This document shows positions 8,354-16,577 of a stretch of 28,858 nt of DNA, one piece after another; the stretch's first letter is position 1; every line of letters begins with the position of its first letter. Source of the DNA: a virus. Its lineage: Duplodnaviria > Caudoviricetes. The stretch covers positions 1-28,858 of IMG/VR virus record IMGVR_UViG_3300042207_000176; one strand, given 5' to 3'. Made by a program: the position numbers and the translations under genes. Under the pieces are notes generated by a model. It searched no databases and was not told where the DNA came from. It was given only the letters and a program-made list of their open reading frames with translations.

Positions 8354-8813
8354 GACAGCCCTCACAACCCTCAATAGAGTTAGCGAACCATTTCAGACGC
8401 TTCATCTTGGGGAGAAGATCATGCGAAAGACGCTTGCAGTATTTTGTGTACTGATGCTGACCGGCTGTGTTGGTTACGATACGCCAGAACAACTGAAAGC
8501 CTCGGTATATCATCGACAAGTGATTGTTGACGGCAATTACCAAGACATTTTTCGGTGTTACGATGTTAAAGAGCGTGTGCGTGGTAGACCCGTCACAGGT
8601 CAGATTTATTCTGAGTCCGGGTTGGCGGTAATGGACTATCTTCTCAAGCTCGTGACGGGCTTTTCGGTGCCCGGAGCCGATGGTTGGGATGGGCGAACGG
8701 AGCTGCGTAAAATTGACGCCACCCACACCAAGGTGGATGTCTGGCAGGGGAGTGAGCGCGAAGTTTCCAACGTTATTGGTGTTATTCAATCCTGTGCGGC
8801 ATCCTGAAACCAT
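8346..8813 (-). other. Candidate translational bridge ORF (155 aa) antisense to the lipoprotein gene
   Basis: ATG overlaps the NlpC stop (TGATG) behind GGGGGTGAG. TAA overlaps the J start (ATGTCTAA). The product has no recognisable family. Confidence 0.4.
8421..8807 (+). CDS. Accessory (moron) lipoprotein, 128 aa
   Basis: GGAG RBS, signal peptide MRKTLAVFCVLM with lipobox LTG-C, two further Cys in the mature part. Opposite strand to the tail operon. Confidence 0.85.
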   Translation: MRKTLAVFCVLMLTGCVGYDTPEQLKASVYHRQVIVDGNYQDIFRCYDVKERVRGRPVTGQIYSESGLAVMDYLLKLVTGFSVPGADGWDGRTELRKIDATHTKVDVWQGSEREVSNVIGVIQSCAAS

Positions 8814-9226
8814 CACTCACCCCCATAGGCATAAAAGCCCTCAATCCGGCTTTCCGGCCATGAGGGGGCGGAGAGCCGCTCACACACCACCATTCCGGCA
8901 TCGCTATCAGCGTGGATAATCAAACCATCGCCGCACACCACGCCGACATGCGAGGGCACGCCGCCGGTCAGCAGCATCACCACACAGCGATCTTGCGGCG
9001 CACCCAGCCTGCGCCACAGCGGCATTTCCCCGTTAAACAACCGGGAAATGCCGCGCACATCGCGCGGTTCGAAGGCATAATCAAGGATTGGCAATTCCCG
9101 CCCGGTTTCGGTCTTTTCCACCAGCCAGTGCAAACCGTAACAATCAACACCATCAAAACCCCGGCCCCGTTTGGCAAACCTGATCCCGACATATTTGCGC
9201 GCCCAGGCGCTAATCCCGACAATCAT
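8813..9226 (-). CDS. NlpC/P60-family tail tip protein (lambda gpK C-terminal-like)
   Basis: 'GR...GVDCYGL' catalytic Cys motif, 'HVGV' and 'IIHA'. Lies between DUF1833 and J. Confidence 0.92.
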   Translation of the reverse strand: MIVGISAWARKYVGIRFAKRGRGFDGVDCYGLHWLVEKTETGRELPILDYAFEPRDVRGISRLFNGEMPLWRRLGAPQDRCVVMLLTGGVPSHVGVVCGDGLIIHADSDAGMVVCERLSAPSWPESRIEGFYAYGGE

Positions 9227-9738
9227 CAAACCCTCCGCGTGAAAATATTGGGCGCAATCGAGGCATCCCAGCTGTCTTTAGGATGCGGTTCGCGCGTCAT
9301 ATGCGGGTCCATCACAAGGGTGCCTTTAATCTCGCCCTGGTCATAACTCGCATTTTCAAGTTCGAGCGCGATCGGTCCATATTCCGTCACATCGGGCCGT
9401 GAGGCCGAAAACACCGACAGCTCAAACAAAGGCGAGACCGACATGGTTTCCAGCGCATCGGCAATCGGGGTTTGACCATTTTCACCTGGGAAATTCGACA
9501 TCGCGAGATCAAGCCGGGGCATTTCGCCCGCAGTTTCATCGGGCAGGTTAAGGTCAAACGGCAAGGCGACATAGGTTTTGCCAAGGCGCTGCAAATTCTC
9601 GCTGTTATTGATCACATGCAGGGTCTCGGCCATTTCAGGATGCGAAATGTCAAGCGCGGTCAAAAAGACCTCGCCGATATCCTGTTGCTGGACTGCCTTG
9701 GTCGCCTCGGGGCTTAAACGACCGATCTGCTCTGTCAT
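9226..9738 (-). CDS. DUF1833-family tail tip protein (lambda gpL position)
   Basis: 'L.ISHP...', 'Y.ALPF...LP' and 'L..SN' pattern, plus synteny. Confidence 0.85.
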   Translation of the reverse strand: MTEQIGRLSPEATKAVQQQDIGEVFLTALDISHPEMAETLHVINNSENLQRLGKTYVALPFDLNLPDETAGEMPRLDLAMSNFPGENGQTPIADALETMSVSPLFELSVFSASRPDVTEYGPIALELENASYDQGEIKGTLVMDPHMTREPHPKDSWDASIAPNIFTRRV

Positions 9739-10100
9739 ATTTCAAACTCCAATTCATACATGACGCGCCAGTTCTGGCCATTTTTCTCCGGTGCCGGGTT
9801 CGGCGCGGCATCCGCCCGAAACCAGAAGGTCACAGGCTGCAACAGGCGCGGATGAAGCAGTGAAAAGGGCAAAATTCCGTCATCAAGTGTTTCTCGAAAC
9901 CATGTCTCAAATATCGCGACTTCCCCGCGCTTCATCGGCATGGCGAGTGTCAGCTTCTGACGTGGCGGTTTGGTGTATTTTTTAAAGCGCCGGGGGCGAC
10001 CGCTATCGGTCTGGCTTTCACCAATATTGCTGACCCACGTCTCGCGATAGGCATCGATCAGCGGGTCAGAAGGCAAGGATGCAGGATAAGGCGCGACCAT
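9735..10100 (-). CDS. Distal tail protein (lambda gpM-like)
   Basis: Immediately after the tape measure gene. 'SQTDSGRPRR' and 'FETWFRETL.DG.LPF' pattern. Confidence 0.8.
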   Translation of the reverse strand: MVAPYPASLPSDPLIDAYRETWVSNIGESQTDSGRPRRFKKYTKPPRQKLTLAMPMKRGEVAIFETWFRETLDDGILPFSLLHPRLLQPVTFWFRADAAPNPAPEKNGQNWRVMYELEFEI

Positions 10101-10105
10101 CTGCG

Positions 10106-12880
10106 CTACCTCCTGATCAGGGATTGCGAGGTATTGAATTGCGAACCGATCTGCTTGCCGAGCGAGCCATTGGCAATGTCATTCGAGATCATCGGTTTGA
10201 GCAGAATATAAAGCTGCTGGGCACCATTTTTGGTCCCACGGCTCTCCACCGTCGGCTGCGCCATGTCCTGCCCGGTCTGGTTTTCGAGCGTGATCTCGAA
10301 TTTCGGTTCCAGCATAATCATACCGGAATTGCCGCTGATCGACCCGCTGCGACCGGCATTGAAAATGTGGCGCGGATTGTTTCGTGTGAGGACTTCCTCG
10401 TCGTCCTTGAGCACCGCCGCAAGTTCACCGGGTTTCAGGGCGGGGATGCGCCCGTTATGAAAACGCGGGGCATTGTCAAATATCCAGTTCGGTAACATGC
10501 GCGGGTTTTCGCCACCGGTGCGCACCTGGCCCCCGGAATGAAAAGAGCCGACCGCCGACATGTTCACGCCCGTGCGACCACCACCATTGTAATGCGCGGC
10601 AGTGCTGTCAAAATTCGTGGTGCCAAAGCTGAAACCGCCGATAAAGCTGCTGAGAAAATCACTGGCAAAGCCTGCAATCGGCTTTGCGATTTGCTGCTGA
10701 TACATCATCCTTAAAATGTCGTTGATGATGGAATCGGCCATGTTGGAAAAAGCCGAGGATAGCGACGTCGTACCACGCATCAATCCGACAAAGGCGGTTT
10801 CACCAGCGCGGTTGAAATTTGTTAGCGCGCGTTCGGTCTGGCTGGCCATATCGCTGGCCTCTTCGCCAATCTCGCGCAGGCCACGCTTCAAACCCGCCTG
10901 CCAGTCAGTCGAGCCTTGCTCAATCAGGTGCTGGTAAACTTCGTCGGCTTCTGCCTTAAACTCGGCATAGCCTTGCTGATTGGCGTCAAGTCCTTTGATC
11001 GCTTCTTCATACCACTGCTTCGCAGCTTCAATGTTGCGCTCCTGGGGCGACAACAAATCGAGATAACCCTGCTTGATCTTTTTGATCGCATTGGCGTGCG
11101 CCGTTTGCTGCTGGGCGGTGATGACCGGCGCGCCGCTCCCGCCCCCCGGGTTGTTTTCAATGCCGACACCCGGCAAAGTCACCGGGGCGGGTTTTGCCGC
11201 TGCCAGACGGGCGCGGTAGAGCGCGCCAGCGTCAGCGGCAACCTTGTCAACCACCGGGGCTGCAAAATCCTGGGCGGATTGCCACCAGTTTGCAAGGAAG
11301 TCCTTCGGCATGTTGGTATCAAGCACATTTTTGATGCGCGCTGCCGTATCGGACATCCCGCTTTCAAAAGACTTCGATAGCGCGGCGCTGGCAAGATCGG
11401 CAGCTTCCTCAAAATCACCAGACAGCAACAGTTTCGTTGCCTTGCCAAGATCGGTGAAAAGGCCCAGGACATAATCAATGGCACTGTCAAAGGCATTGGC
11501 AAGGCCGCTTGCGCCGATCCTGGAAATCTCCGGGATGGAGACAAAAAAGCCGATCACCGAATTGTAGAAATCCTTATAAGCAGTCCCCACCTGTCGAATG
11601 GAGGTAAACAGCTCCTGATCCCAGTTGCTGCGAACATAGCTTTCAACCGCCTCCCACGCGGTCGTGACGGCTTCAGCAACATATCCCCAGCTTGCCGCGA
11701 GGTAATCTGTCACCGTTGCCGTCTGCCCGTGAACTGTCACCGTCTCGTTGCGAAACGCGACCAGTGCCGCCGTTGCCAGCCCCAGCGCAATGGTAATCGC
11801 CCCGACCGGGGTAAAGGCAAAGGCCGCCAGCCCTGCCGCTGCCCGTAAAGCCGCACTGCCAATGCTGATCAGGGTTGAGGCGGTTTTAACCGCTGCGATA
11901 CCCGCCAGCACCGCTAATACCTGATCCCCGTTGCGGATTACGAACTGCAACCCGTCACTGGCCAGTGCCGTGCCCTGTGCGAGCAATTCACCAAAATTGA
12001 CAGCGGCCTGTTCAAGCTCGGGACCTTTGAGCAAAGCCGTGATATCGCGAATTTCTTTGGCCAGTGTCTGACCAAAGCCCGATGTGTAGGCGGTATTGGC
12101 GCTATCCGTGATGACATTCATCATGCGGTTCCATTCGGAACTCGCCCGCCGCGTGGCCGATGGTAAAGCCTCCCCGTATGTCTTGCGCAATTCGCCCGCA
12201 AACTTGGGCAGAAAATCTTCTGCTGTCACCTGACCGAGTTCCAGCATCTTACCAAGCTCTTGCGTTGATACCCCCATCGCCCGCGATGCAATCTGAAACG
12301 CCCCGGGAATGCGCTCACCCAACTGGCCGCGCAGTTCTTCGGCCTGCACCGTGCCTTTGCTCATCACCTGGGTAATCGCGGTCAGCGCGCCCTGGGTATC
12401 GGTAGAGGATTTATTGAGCACCACCATCGATTCCGACACCGCTTCAAAAATGTCGCGTGCCGGTTGCCCTTGCAAAACGGTGCCTTTGGCCGCTGCCGCA
12501 ACCTGACTATATTGGTCGGTGGTGGATTTAAGCGCCAAGCCCAGCCGGTCTGCCTGGGCACGCACATAATCCATTTCAGCAGCGGCTTTTTGATGCGTCC
12601 CCGCAACCGAGAGCAAGGTGCTTTCATAGCCCTCAAACGCATTGCCGGTCTGATAGATATCGCGCACCAAAAGACCAAGGCCAAGGGTTGCAATCGCGTT
12701 GCGCATATTGAGGAACATGCCGCTCACATTGCTGCCCTGCGCGGACAAACGATTAAGGCCTCGCCCGGCGCGGCCAGAGCTATCGGTCAGCCGGTCAAGC
12801 TCGGCGCGCGACAGGCGCAAATCGCCGATAAACCCTCTGGCATCGGCGCGCAAACGTGCGGTGATGATCAGATCACTCAT
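10106..12880 (-). CDS. Tail tape measure protein (924 aa)
   Basis: N-terminal tape-measure domain 'QVMSKGTVQAEELRGQLGERIPGA', long Ala-rich helical body, C-terminal 'FHSGG...APRFHNG...GE..AVL..EEVL'. Confidence 0.95.
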   Translation of the reverse strand: MSDLIITARLRADARGFIGDLRLSRAELDRLTDSSGRAGRGLNRLSAQGSNVSGMFLNMRNAIATLGLGLLVRDIYQTGNAFEGYESTLLSVAGTHQKAAAEMDYVRAQADRLGLALKSTTDQYSQVAAAAKGTVLQGQPARDIFEAVSESMVVLNKSSTDTQGALTAITQVMSKGTVQAEELRGQLGERIPGAFQIASRAMGVSTQELGKMLELGQVTAEDFLPKFAGELRKTYGEALPSATRRASSEWNRMMNVITDSANTAYTSGFGQTLAKEIRDITALLKGPELEQAAVNFGELLAQGTALASDGLQFVIRNGDQVLAVLAGIAAVKTASTLISIGSAALRAAAGLAAFAFTPVGAITIALGLATAALVAFRNETVTVHGQTATVTDYLAASWGYVAEAVTTAWEAVESYVRSNWDQELFTSIRQVGTAYKDFYNSVIGFFVSIPEISRIGASGLANAFDSAIDYVLGLFTDLGKATKLLLSGDFEEAADLASAALSKSFESGMSDTAARIKNVLDTNMPKDFLANWWQSAQDFAAPVVDKVAADAGALYRARLAAAKPAPVTLPGVGIENNPGGGSGAPVITAQQQTAHANAIKKIKQGYLDLLSPQERNIEAAKQWYEEAIKGLDANQQGYAEFKAEADEVYQHLIEQGSTDWQAGLKRGLREIGEEASDMASQTERALTNFNRAGETAFVGLMRGTTSLSSAFSNMADSIINDILRMMYQQQIAKPIAGFASDFLSSFIGGFSFGTTNFDSTAAHYNGGGRTGVNMSAVGSFHSGGQVRTGGENPRMLPNWIFDNAPRFHNGRIPALKPGELAAVLKDDEEVLTRNNPRHIFNAGRSGSISGNSGMIMLEPKFEITLENQTGQDMAQPTVESRGTKNGAQQLYILLKPMISNDIANGSLGKQIGSQFNTSQSLIRR

Positions 12881-12883
12881 GAT

Positions 12884-13251
12884 CTACCTCGCCCGCAACT
12901 CCGCAAACCGGCCAATCGCCGCCTGTTCCATGATTCTCAAATCGGCGAACAGCTCGGGCGTGATCTTTAAGCCCGCAAACTTTGCCGCTGTCTCCACGCC
13001 GAGATAATCCAGCCCGTAAGGCGCGCCGTTTGCGGCCAACCGCCATTGCGTCGCAGCCACCAAAAACAACTCGACCGCAGGCCAGTTTTCGGGCCGCACG
13101 GCGAATTCGCTGTTCTGTTTTTGCTGCTGTGAAAGCCATTGGCTGATCTGGTCCTCTGACGCGCCCCAGGCGCGCATGTCATCAATTAAAGTGTCGGTAT
13201 CGATGCTGGAATGCTGCTCGCCCGCCGCCCAGTGGCGCGCAACATCAATCA
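12884..13251 (-). CDS. Tail assembly chaperone T segment (DUF1799-like), probably made as a -1 frameshift fusion with the upstream chaperone
   Basis: 'V.PENWPAV.LF....TQWR.....GLDY' motif. The frame is open upstream of ATG 13177 back to the slippery site (KLIDVARHWA...). Confidence 0.85.
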
Positions 13252-13584
13252 GTTTTTTGTTTTTTGCCCCGACAGTCCTTTCCAGAATTCGGTAATCAAG
13301 GGCAGAGCAACATAGGGGATTTTTGCCAGCATCTCGCGCAAGGATGCTGTGTCAGCAACATCGTTGTCGTCTTCGTCCTTGATGCCCTCGCAGGCGACAA
13401 AGACGCGATCGAGCAAGACGCGATCCTTGTTGGTATCTTCGCCTTCATAAAGCTCTTTGGCTTCATCGCTATTGATGGCAGCAAAGGTGGCGGTAAAGCT
13501 CTCGGCCTTGAAACCGGTATCGGTCGGCACCTTTACGTCAATTTTGCGTTTAAAGGTGTGGTTCTCGCGAAGCACAAAAGTCAT
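13249..13584 (-). CDS. Tail assembly chaperone G (111 aa)
   Basis: Between tail tube and tape measure genes. Acidic, ends ...GQKTKN-stop over the A AAA AAC slippery heptamer. Confidence 0.88.
   Translation of the reverse strand: MTFVLRENHTFKRKIDVKVPTDTGFKAESFTATFAAINSDEAKELYEGEDTNKDRVLLDRVFVACEGIKDEDDNDVADTASLREMLAKIPYVALPLITEFWKGLSGQKTKN
13252..13258 (-). promoter_or_regulatory. -1 programmed ribosomal frameshift site A AAA AAC
   Basis: In-frame X XXY YYZ heptamer directly before TGA. The -1 frame continues into the DUF1799-like ORF. Confidence 0.85.
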
Positions 13585-13615
13585 GGGAAAAACTCCGTTA
13601 AAGGCAGTCTGAGAC

Positions 13616-13639
13616 GGCTCTCACAGGGCAATGAGAGCC
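13616..13639. other. Hairpin after the tail tube gene (possible mRNA stability or step-down element)
   Basis: GGCTCTCA-N8-TGAGAGCC. No U-tract on the minus strand. Confidence 0.45.
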
Positions 13640-13646
13640 TGTTTAA

Positions 13647-14576
13647 TCAGGTGAATGTGAGGGTAATTTCGTCATCGCCCGCATCGGGTGTGGGCGTCAG
13701 CGCAACAGCCAGCAAAACCGTACCTTCCTCATTGCTCTGGCTCGGCGTCTTTAGCTGCACCTTGGGCATGTCGATGGTCACGACATTGCCTGCATTGGTT
13801 CCATGAACCAGTTGCAAGGCATCAAGGGTTGCGTTCTTGGAAGCCGCATAAAAGTTCCTGGTGGAAATCGCTGGTTCTTCAAAGGTCGCGGAACCGCTCA
13901 TCTTGCGATCCGAGAACTTCACTTCCTCGGAATTGACGCGGTCGCGATGATTGATGGTATTGCCAAGATTGAGGGTAAACGCGGTCATCACGGCGGCAAA
14001 GCCATGCAAAGTGAATGTCGGTGTATTGGCGTTATTGACCGGCAGCGCGGGAATAAAAGCCGAAAAATCACTTGTTGGTAGCGCTGCCGATGACGGCTCT
14101 GTCCAGAGCCCGGTAAAGCTGAATTTGAACACCGGCAGGGCATTGGAATTCAGCTCGGCGGTGACATTGCCCCGCGCCCCGATCAGCTTAAACAGGTTGC
14201 CGTCGCGATGAAAATAGATCGATGCCGACTCTTCGTCTTCTGACACAGGGTTGTACGCAACACTCACCCCGGCATCGATGATCTCTGCCATTGCGCAGGC
14301 GCGCAATAACGGGCCAAAACCCGGTGCTGTTCCCGCCGCCCCGGAACCGGCGATTTCGACCGTAAATTCACACGTCACATGCGACCCAACCGGGATCGAC
14401 GGGCTGGAGCCCAGCGTTTCACGCATCAAGCCACGATCCAGCTCGTCCCCGGCCAGCGGCGTAACTGTGGCTTCCGAAATCTGAATCGCATTGGCCGCCC
14501 CGGTCGGGCTTGCATCCGTGCCATAGGTGGTTTCCAGCTTGGCCAGAATAACTGTCTTGCGCCATTTGAGGCTCAT
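13647..14576 (-). CDS. Major tail tube protein (309 aa)
   Basis: 'LAKLETTYG.D..PT' start and 'G.AP..GPLLRAC' typical of siphovirus tube proteins. Position upstream of the chaperone and tape measure genes. Confidence 0.9.
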   Translation of the reverse strand: MSLKWRKTVILAKLETTYGTDASPTGAANAIQISEATVTPLAGDELDRGLMRETLGSSPSIPVGSHVTCEFTVEIAGSGAAGTAPGFGPLLRACAMAEIIDAGVSVAYNPVSEDEESASIYFHRDGNLFKLIGARGNVTAELNSNALPVFKFSFTGLWTEPSSAALPTSDFSAFIPALPVNNANTPTFTLHGFAAVMTAFTLNLGNTINHRDRVNSEEVKFSDRKMSGSATFEEPAISTRNFYAASKNATLDALQLVHGTNAGNVVTIDMPKVQLKTPSQSNEEGTVLLAVALTPTPDAGDDEITLTFT

Positions 14577-14582
14577 GGGGTG

Positions 14583-14708
14583 TTACTCCTTGTCCTTTGC
14601 AGGCTTTGCTACCGGCCTGGGTTTCTCGCTTTTGACCTGCTTGCCCATATGTTCGATGCGCGTCACAGCGCCGGTTTTGCTGTCTTTTTCGTAACGCCCA
14701 CCCTTCAT
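14583..14708 (-). CDS. Small basic hypothetical protein (41 aa)
   Basis: AAGGAGG RBS before ATG 14708. MKGGRYEKDSKTG..., fills the gap between the terminator and tube genes. Confidence 0.7.
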   Translation of the reverse strand: MKGGRYEKDSKTGAVTRIEHMGKQVKSEKPRPVAKPAKDKE

Positions 14709-14710
14709 GG

Positions 14711-15142
14711 TCAGGCCTCCTTTGCGCGCCATTGAGTTGCGGTGGCATAAACGTCCTGCCACCACACAATGCCGTTGGTAAAATCAAGCAAATCGCCTTG
14801 CACGAATGTGATCGGGTCGTAATCGGGCGTCGGTTGCCAGCCATGCAGGGCGGCTTTAATCGCATCGCGAACAGCACGGATTTCGGCTTCGGCCTTGTCA
14901 CCATGCCGGTCATTGCGGGATGTCAAACCAAGGATGACCCCGAATTGTTCGTTTACCGCCTGGCGCACGGCACCGACGGCGACATTGTTACCTTTGGCAC
15001 TTTCACGAACCGGCACCACAAAGGCGCAAGGGGCTTGCGGGGCCGATTTCAGTTTGGCGTAATCGAGCGCCCCGCCCAGGGTTCGCAGCACGGTGCGGTC
15101 GGTTTGCGATTTTAACCGCGTGATGACTTCGCTCATGATCAT
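14711..15142 (-). CDS. Tail terminator protein (Mu gp37-like)
   Basis: 'P.AFVVP..E', 'AL.GWQP' and 'WWQDVY' motifs, plus synteny. Confidence 0.85.
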   Translation of the reverse strand: MIMSEVITRLKSQTDRTVLRTLGGALDYAKLKSAPQAPCAFVVPVRESAKGNNVAVGAVRQAVNEQFGVILGLTSRNDRHGDKAEAEIRAVRDAIKAALHGWQPTPDYDPITFVQGDLLDFTNGIVWWQDVYATATQWRAKEA

Positions 15143-15630
15143 GAAATCAGCCCCGTAATGTGGTCGCGTAGAATGTCGCGGATTTCGCTCTGGTCATCCT
15201 CATTGATGCCCAAAAACGGGCGCGGCGGGATCGTGACCGACTGTTTGACAACCCAGCGATTGCCGATTTTAAACCGTAACCCGCGTGCTGTTTTCGCGCG
15301 GATGGTTGCACCAAACTGATGGGTCGGCGCGTAAATCTTGTTTGATCCCCATTCCGCACTGGTGGCGTCAAAGCGCGATGAAATGCTGTTTCGCAATTGC
15401 GCGCTATCGGTCAGGGTCTGGCCGTTTTCCTCGGTGGCGCGAAGCGATGGCCGCCAGGGGCTACCATCTGGTCCGGTTTCGGTTTCAAAGCGATGCAGGG
15501 TGGATGTTTCGCCTGCCTGGGCAATTTCCGCCATGGCAGGCGAAAGGTCCGCGCCGCGTCGAACCAGTTCGCCCAGCGCACGGGCAACAGTTTCGTCATC
15601 AAATTCAAGGGTGAAGCGCATACCGGCCAT
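15139..15630 (-). CDS. Phage virion morphogenesis protein (Mu gpG / tail completion S family)
   Basis: 'RFETETGPDG.PW', 'L.DS..LRNSI', 'YAPTHQFG' and 'IPPRPFLG'. Confidence 0.92.
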   Translation of the reverse strand: MAGMRFTLEFDDETVARALGELVRRGADLSPAMAEIAQAGETSTLHRFETETGPDGSPWRPSLRATEENGQTLTDSAQLRNSISSRFDATSAEWGSNKIYAPTHQFGATIRAKTARGLRFKIGNRWVVKQSVTIPPRPFLGINEDDQSEIRDILRDHITGLIS

Positions 15631-16043
15631 CACAGCCCCCGCAACTGATCAAAGCTGAAAACGGAGGCCGGTTTATAGGATTGCGCCGCTGCCGGGCGCA
15701 CCGTCATGCCCTGGTCAAGTTGTGCCTGACCGGAAGAGAGCGCACGCAGCTGGTTTCGTGCCCAGTTGGCACGTTTTTCAACCGTTTCCGTCAGTTCGTT
15801 GTCATAGAGAAAATATCGCGCCAGTTCGCAGGTCATGTCCGTGATCAGGGTCGGAACGGGATTAAGCGGCAGCGCATAGCGCGATGCCAGGGCGGCATTA
15901 ATTTCGGCCTCCGCCGAGGTTAGCGCGGTCGTGATGGCCGTGCCGTCAATCAGGCCGGTTGGCGGGGTGGCGCGATCCGTCAGGTCGATCAACTCGCGTT
16001 CGCCAAAACGTTCTGTCATTGCGGTTAAATCGGCATAGGCCAT
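15630..16043 (-). CDS. Head-tail adaptor (Mu gp36 / DUF1320-like)
   Basis: 'MAYA....M.ERFGERELI.LTD' and 'AEINA.LA.RY.LPL..VP......C.LARY.LY'. Confidence 0.92.
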   Translation of the reverse strand: MAYADLTAMTERFGERELIDLTDRATPPTGLIDGTAITTALTSAEAEINAALASRYALPLNPVPTLITDMTCELARYFLYDNELTETVEKRANWARNQLRALSSGQAQLDQGMTVRPAAAQSYKPASVFSFDQLRGL

Positions 16044-16061
16044 GTCATTACCTCAATTTGG

Positions 16062-16104
16062 AAAAAGGGCCGACCAGCACGGGGGAGGCGTCGCGCCGGT
16101 CGGC
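16062..16104 (-). terminator. Probable intrinsic terminator/attenuator after the capsid gene block
   Basis: On the minus strand, a 13-bp stem GCCGACCGGCGCG/CGTGCTGGTCGGC (two G-U pairs) followed by CCTTTTT. Confidence 0.6.
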
Positions 16105-16125
16105 AGTTCGGGATCAGTCAGCAGA

Positions 16126-16551
16126 TCAGGAGGTTTGTTGCTTTTGAAACTGATCCCATGCCTGGTCACGCAGGGCGGCAGATACCGGGAAGTCGATACC
16201 TTCGACGGCTTCGACGGCCTCGGTTTTCGGTTTGCCGGAACCGGTGAATAGTTCGGTTTTGGCCGGGTCGATCTTGCCGATGGCCTCGACCACCCGATCA
16301 AGCGGACTTGGTTGCTCGCCTTCGCCTTCGGCACCGGCCTGTTCCGATGCAAGAGCCTGTAGCGTTTCCTGGAGTTTGACGGCGGTATTGGCCACGGCAG
16401 CGAAATCCGTCTGCTCGGTATCGGCGGATTTAGCACCGATAAAACCGCTCCGGATCAGGGGGGCTGCCTGTTCGGCGGTCATATCAACCTTGCCGCCGGG
16501 TTTGTATTTTTTGCCGTCATGGTCAACGGCGATTAAAACCGGATATTCCAT
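16126..16551 (-). CDS. Hypothetical head-associated protein (Mu gp35 position, 141 aa)
   Basis: AAAGGA RBS. N-terminal 'V.HDGKKYKPG' and C-terminal 'FT.SGKP......VSAA.RD.AW' modules common after capsid genes. Confidence 0.8.
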   Translation of the reverse strand: MEYPVLIAVDHDGKKYKPGGKVDMTAEQAAPLIRSGFIGAKSADTEQTDFAAVANTAVKLQETLQALASEQAGAEGEGEQPSPLDRVVEAIGKIDPAKTELFTGSGKPKTEAVEAVEGIDFPVSAALRDQAWDQFQKQQTS

Positions 16552-16577
16552 TGGGAAATTCCTTTCGTTTTACCGGC

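Noticed and set aside
8381-8396. TAG-CGAACCATTTCAG resembling the late-promoter palindrome upstream of J
   Set aside because: Only one half-site matches, and there is no CAnnnT hexamer at the 24-nt spacing before the J start.
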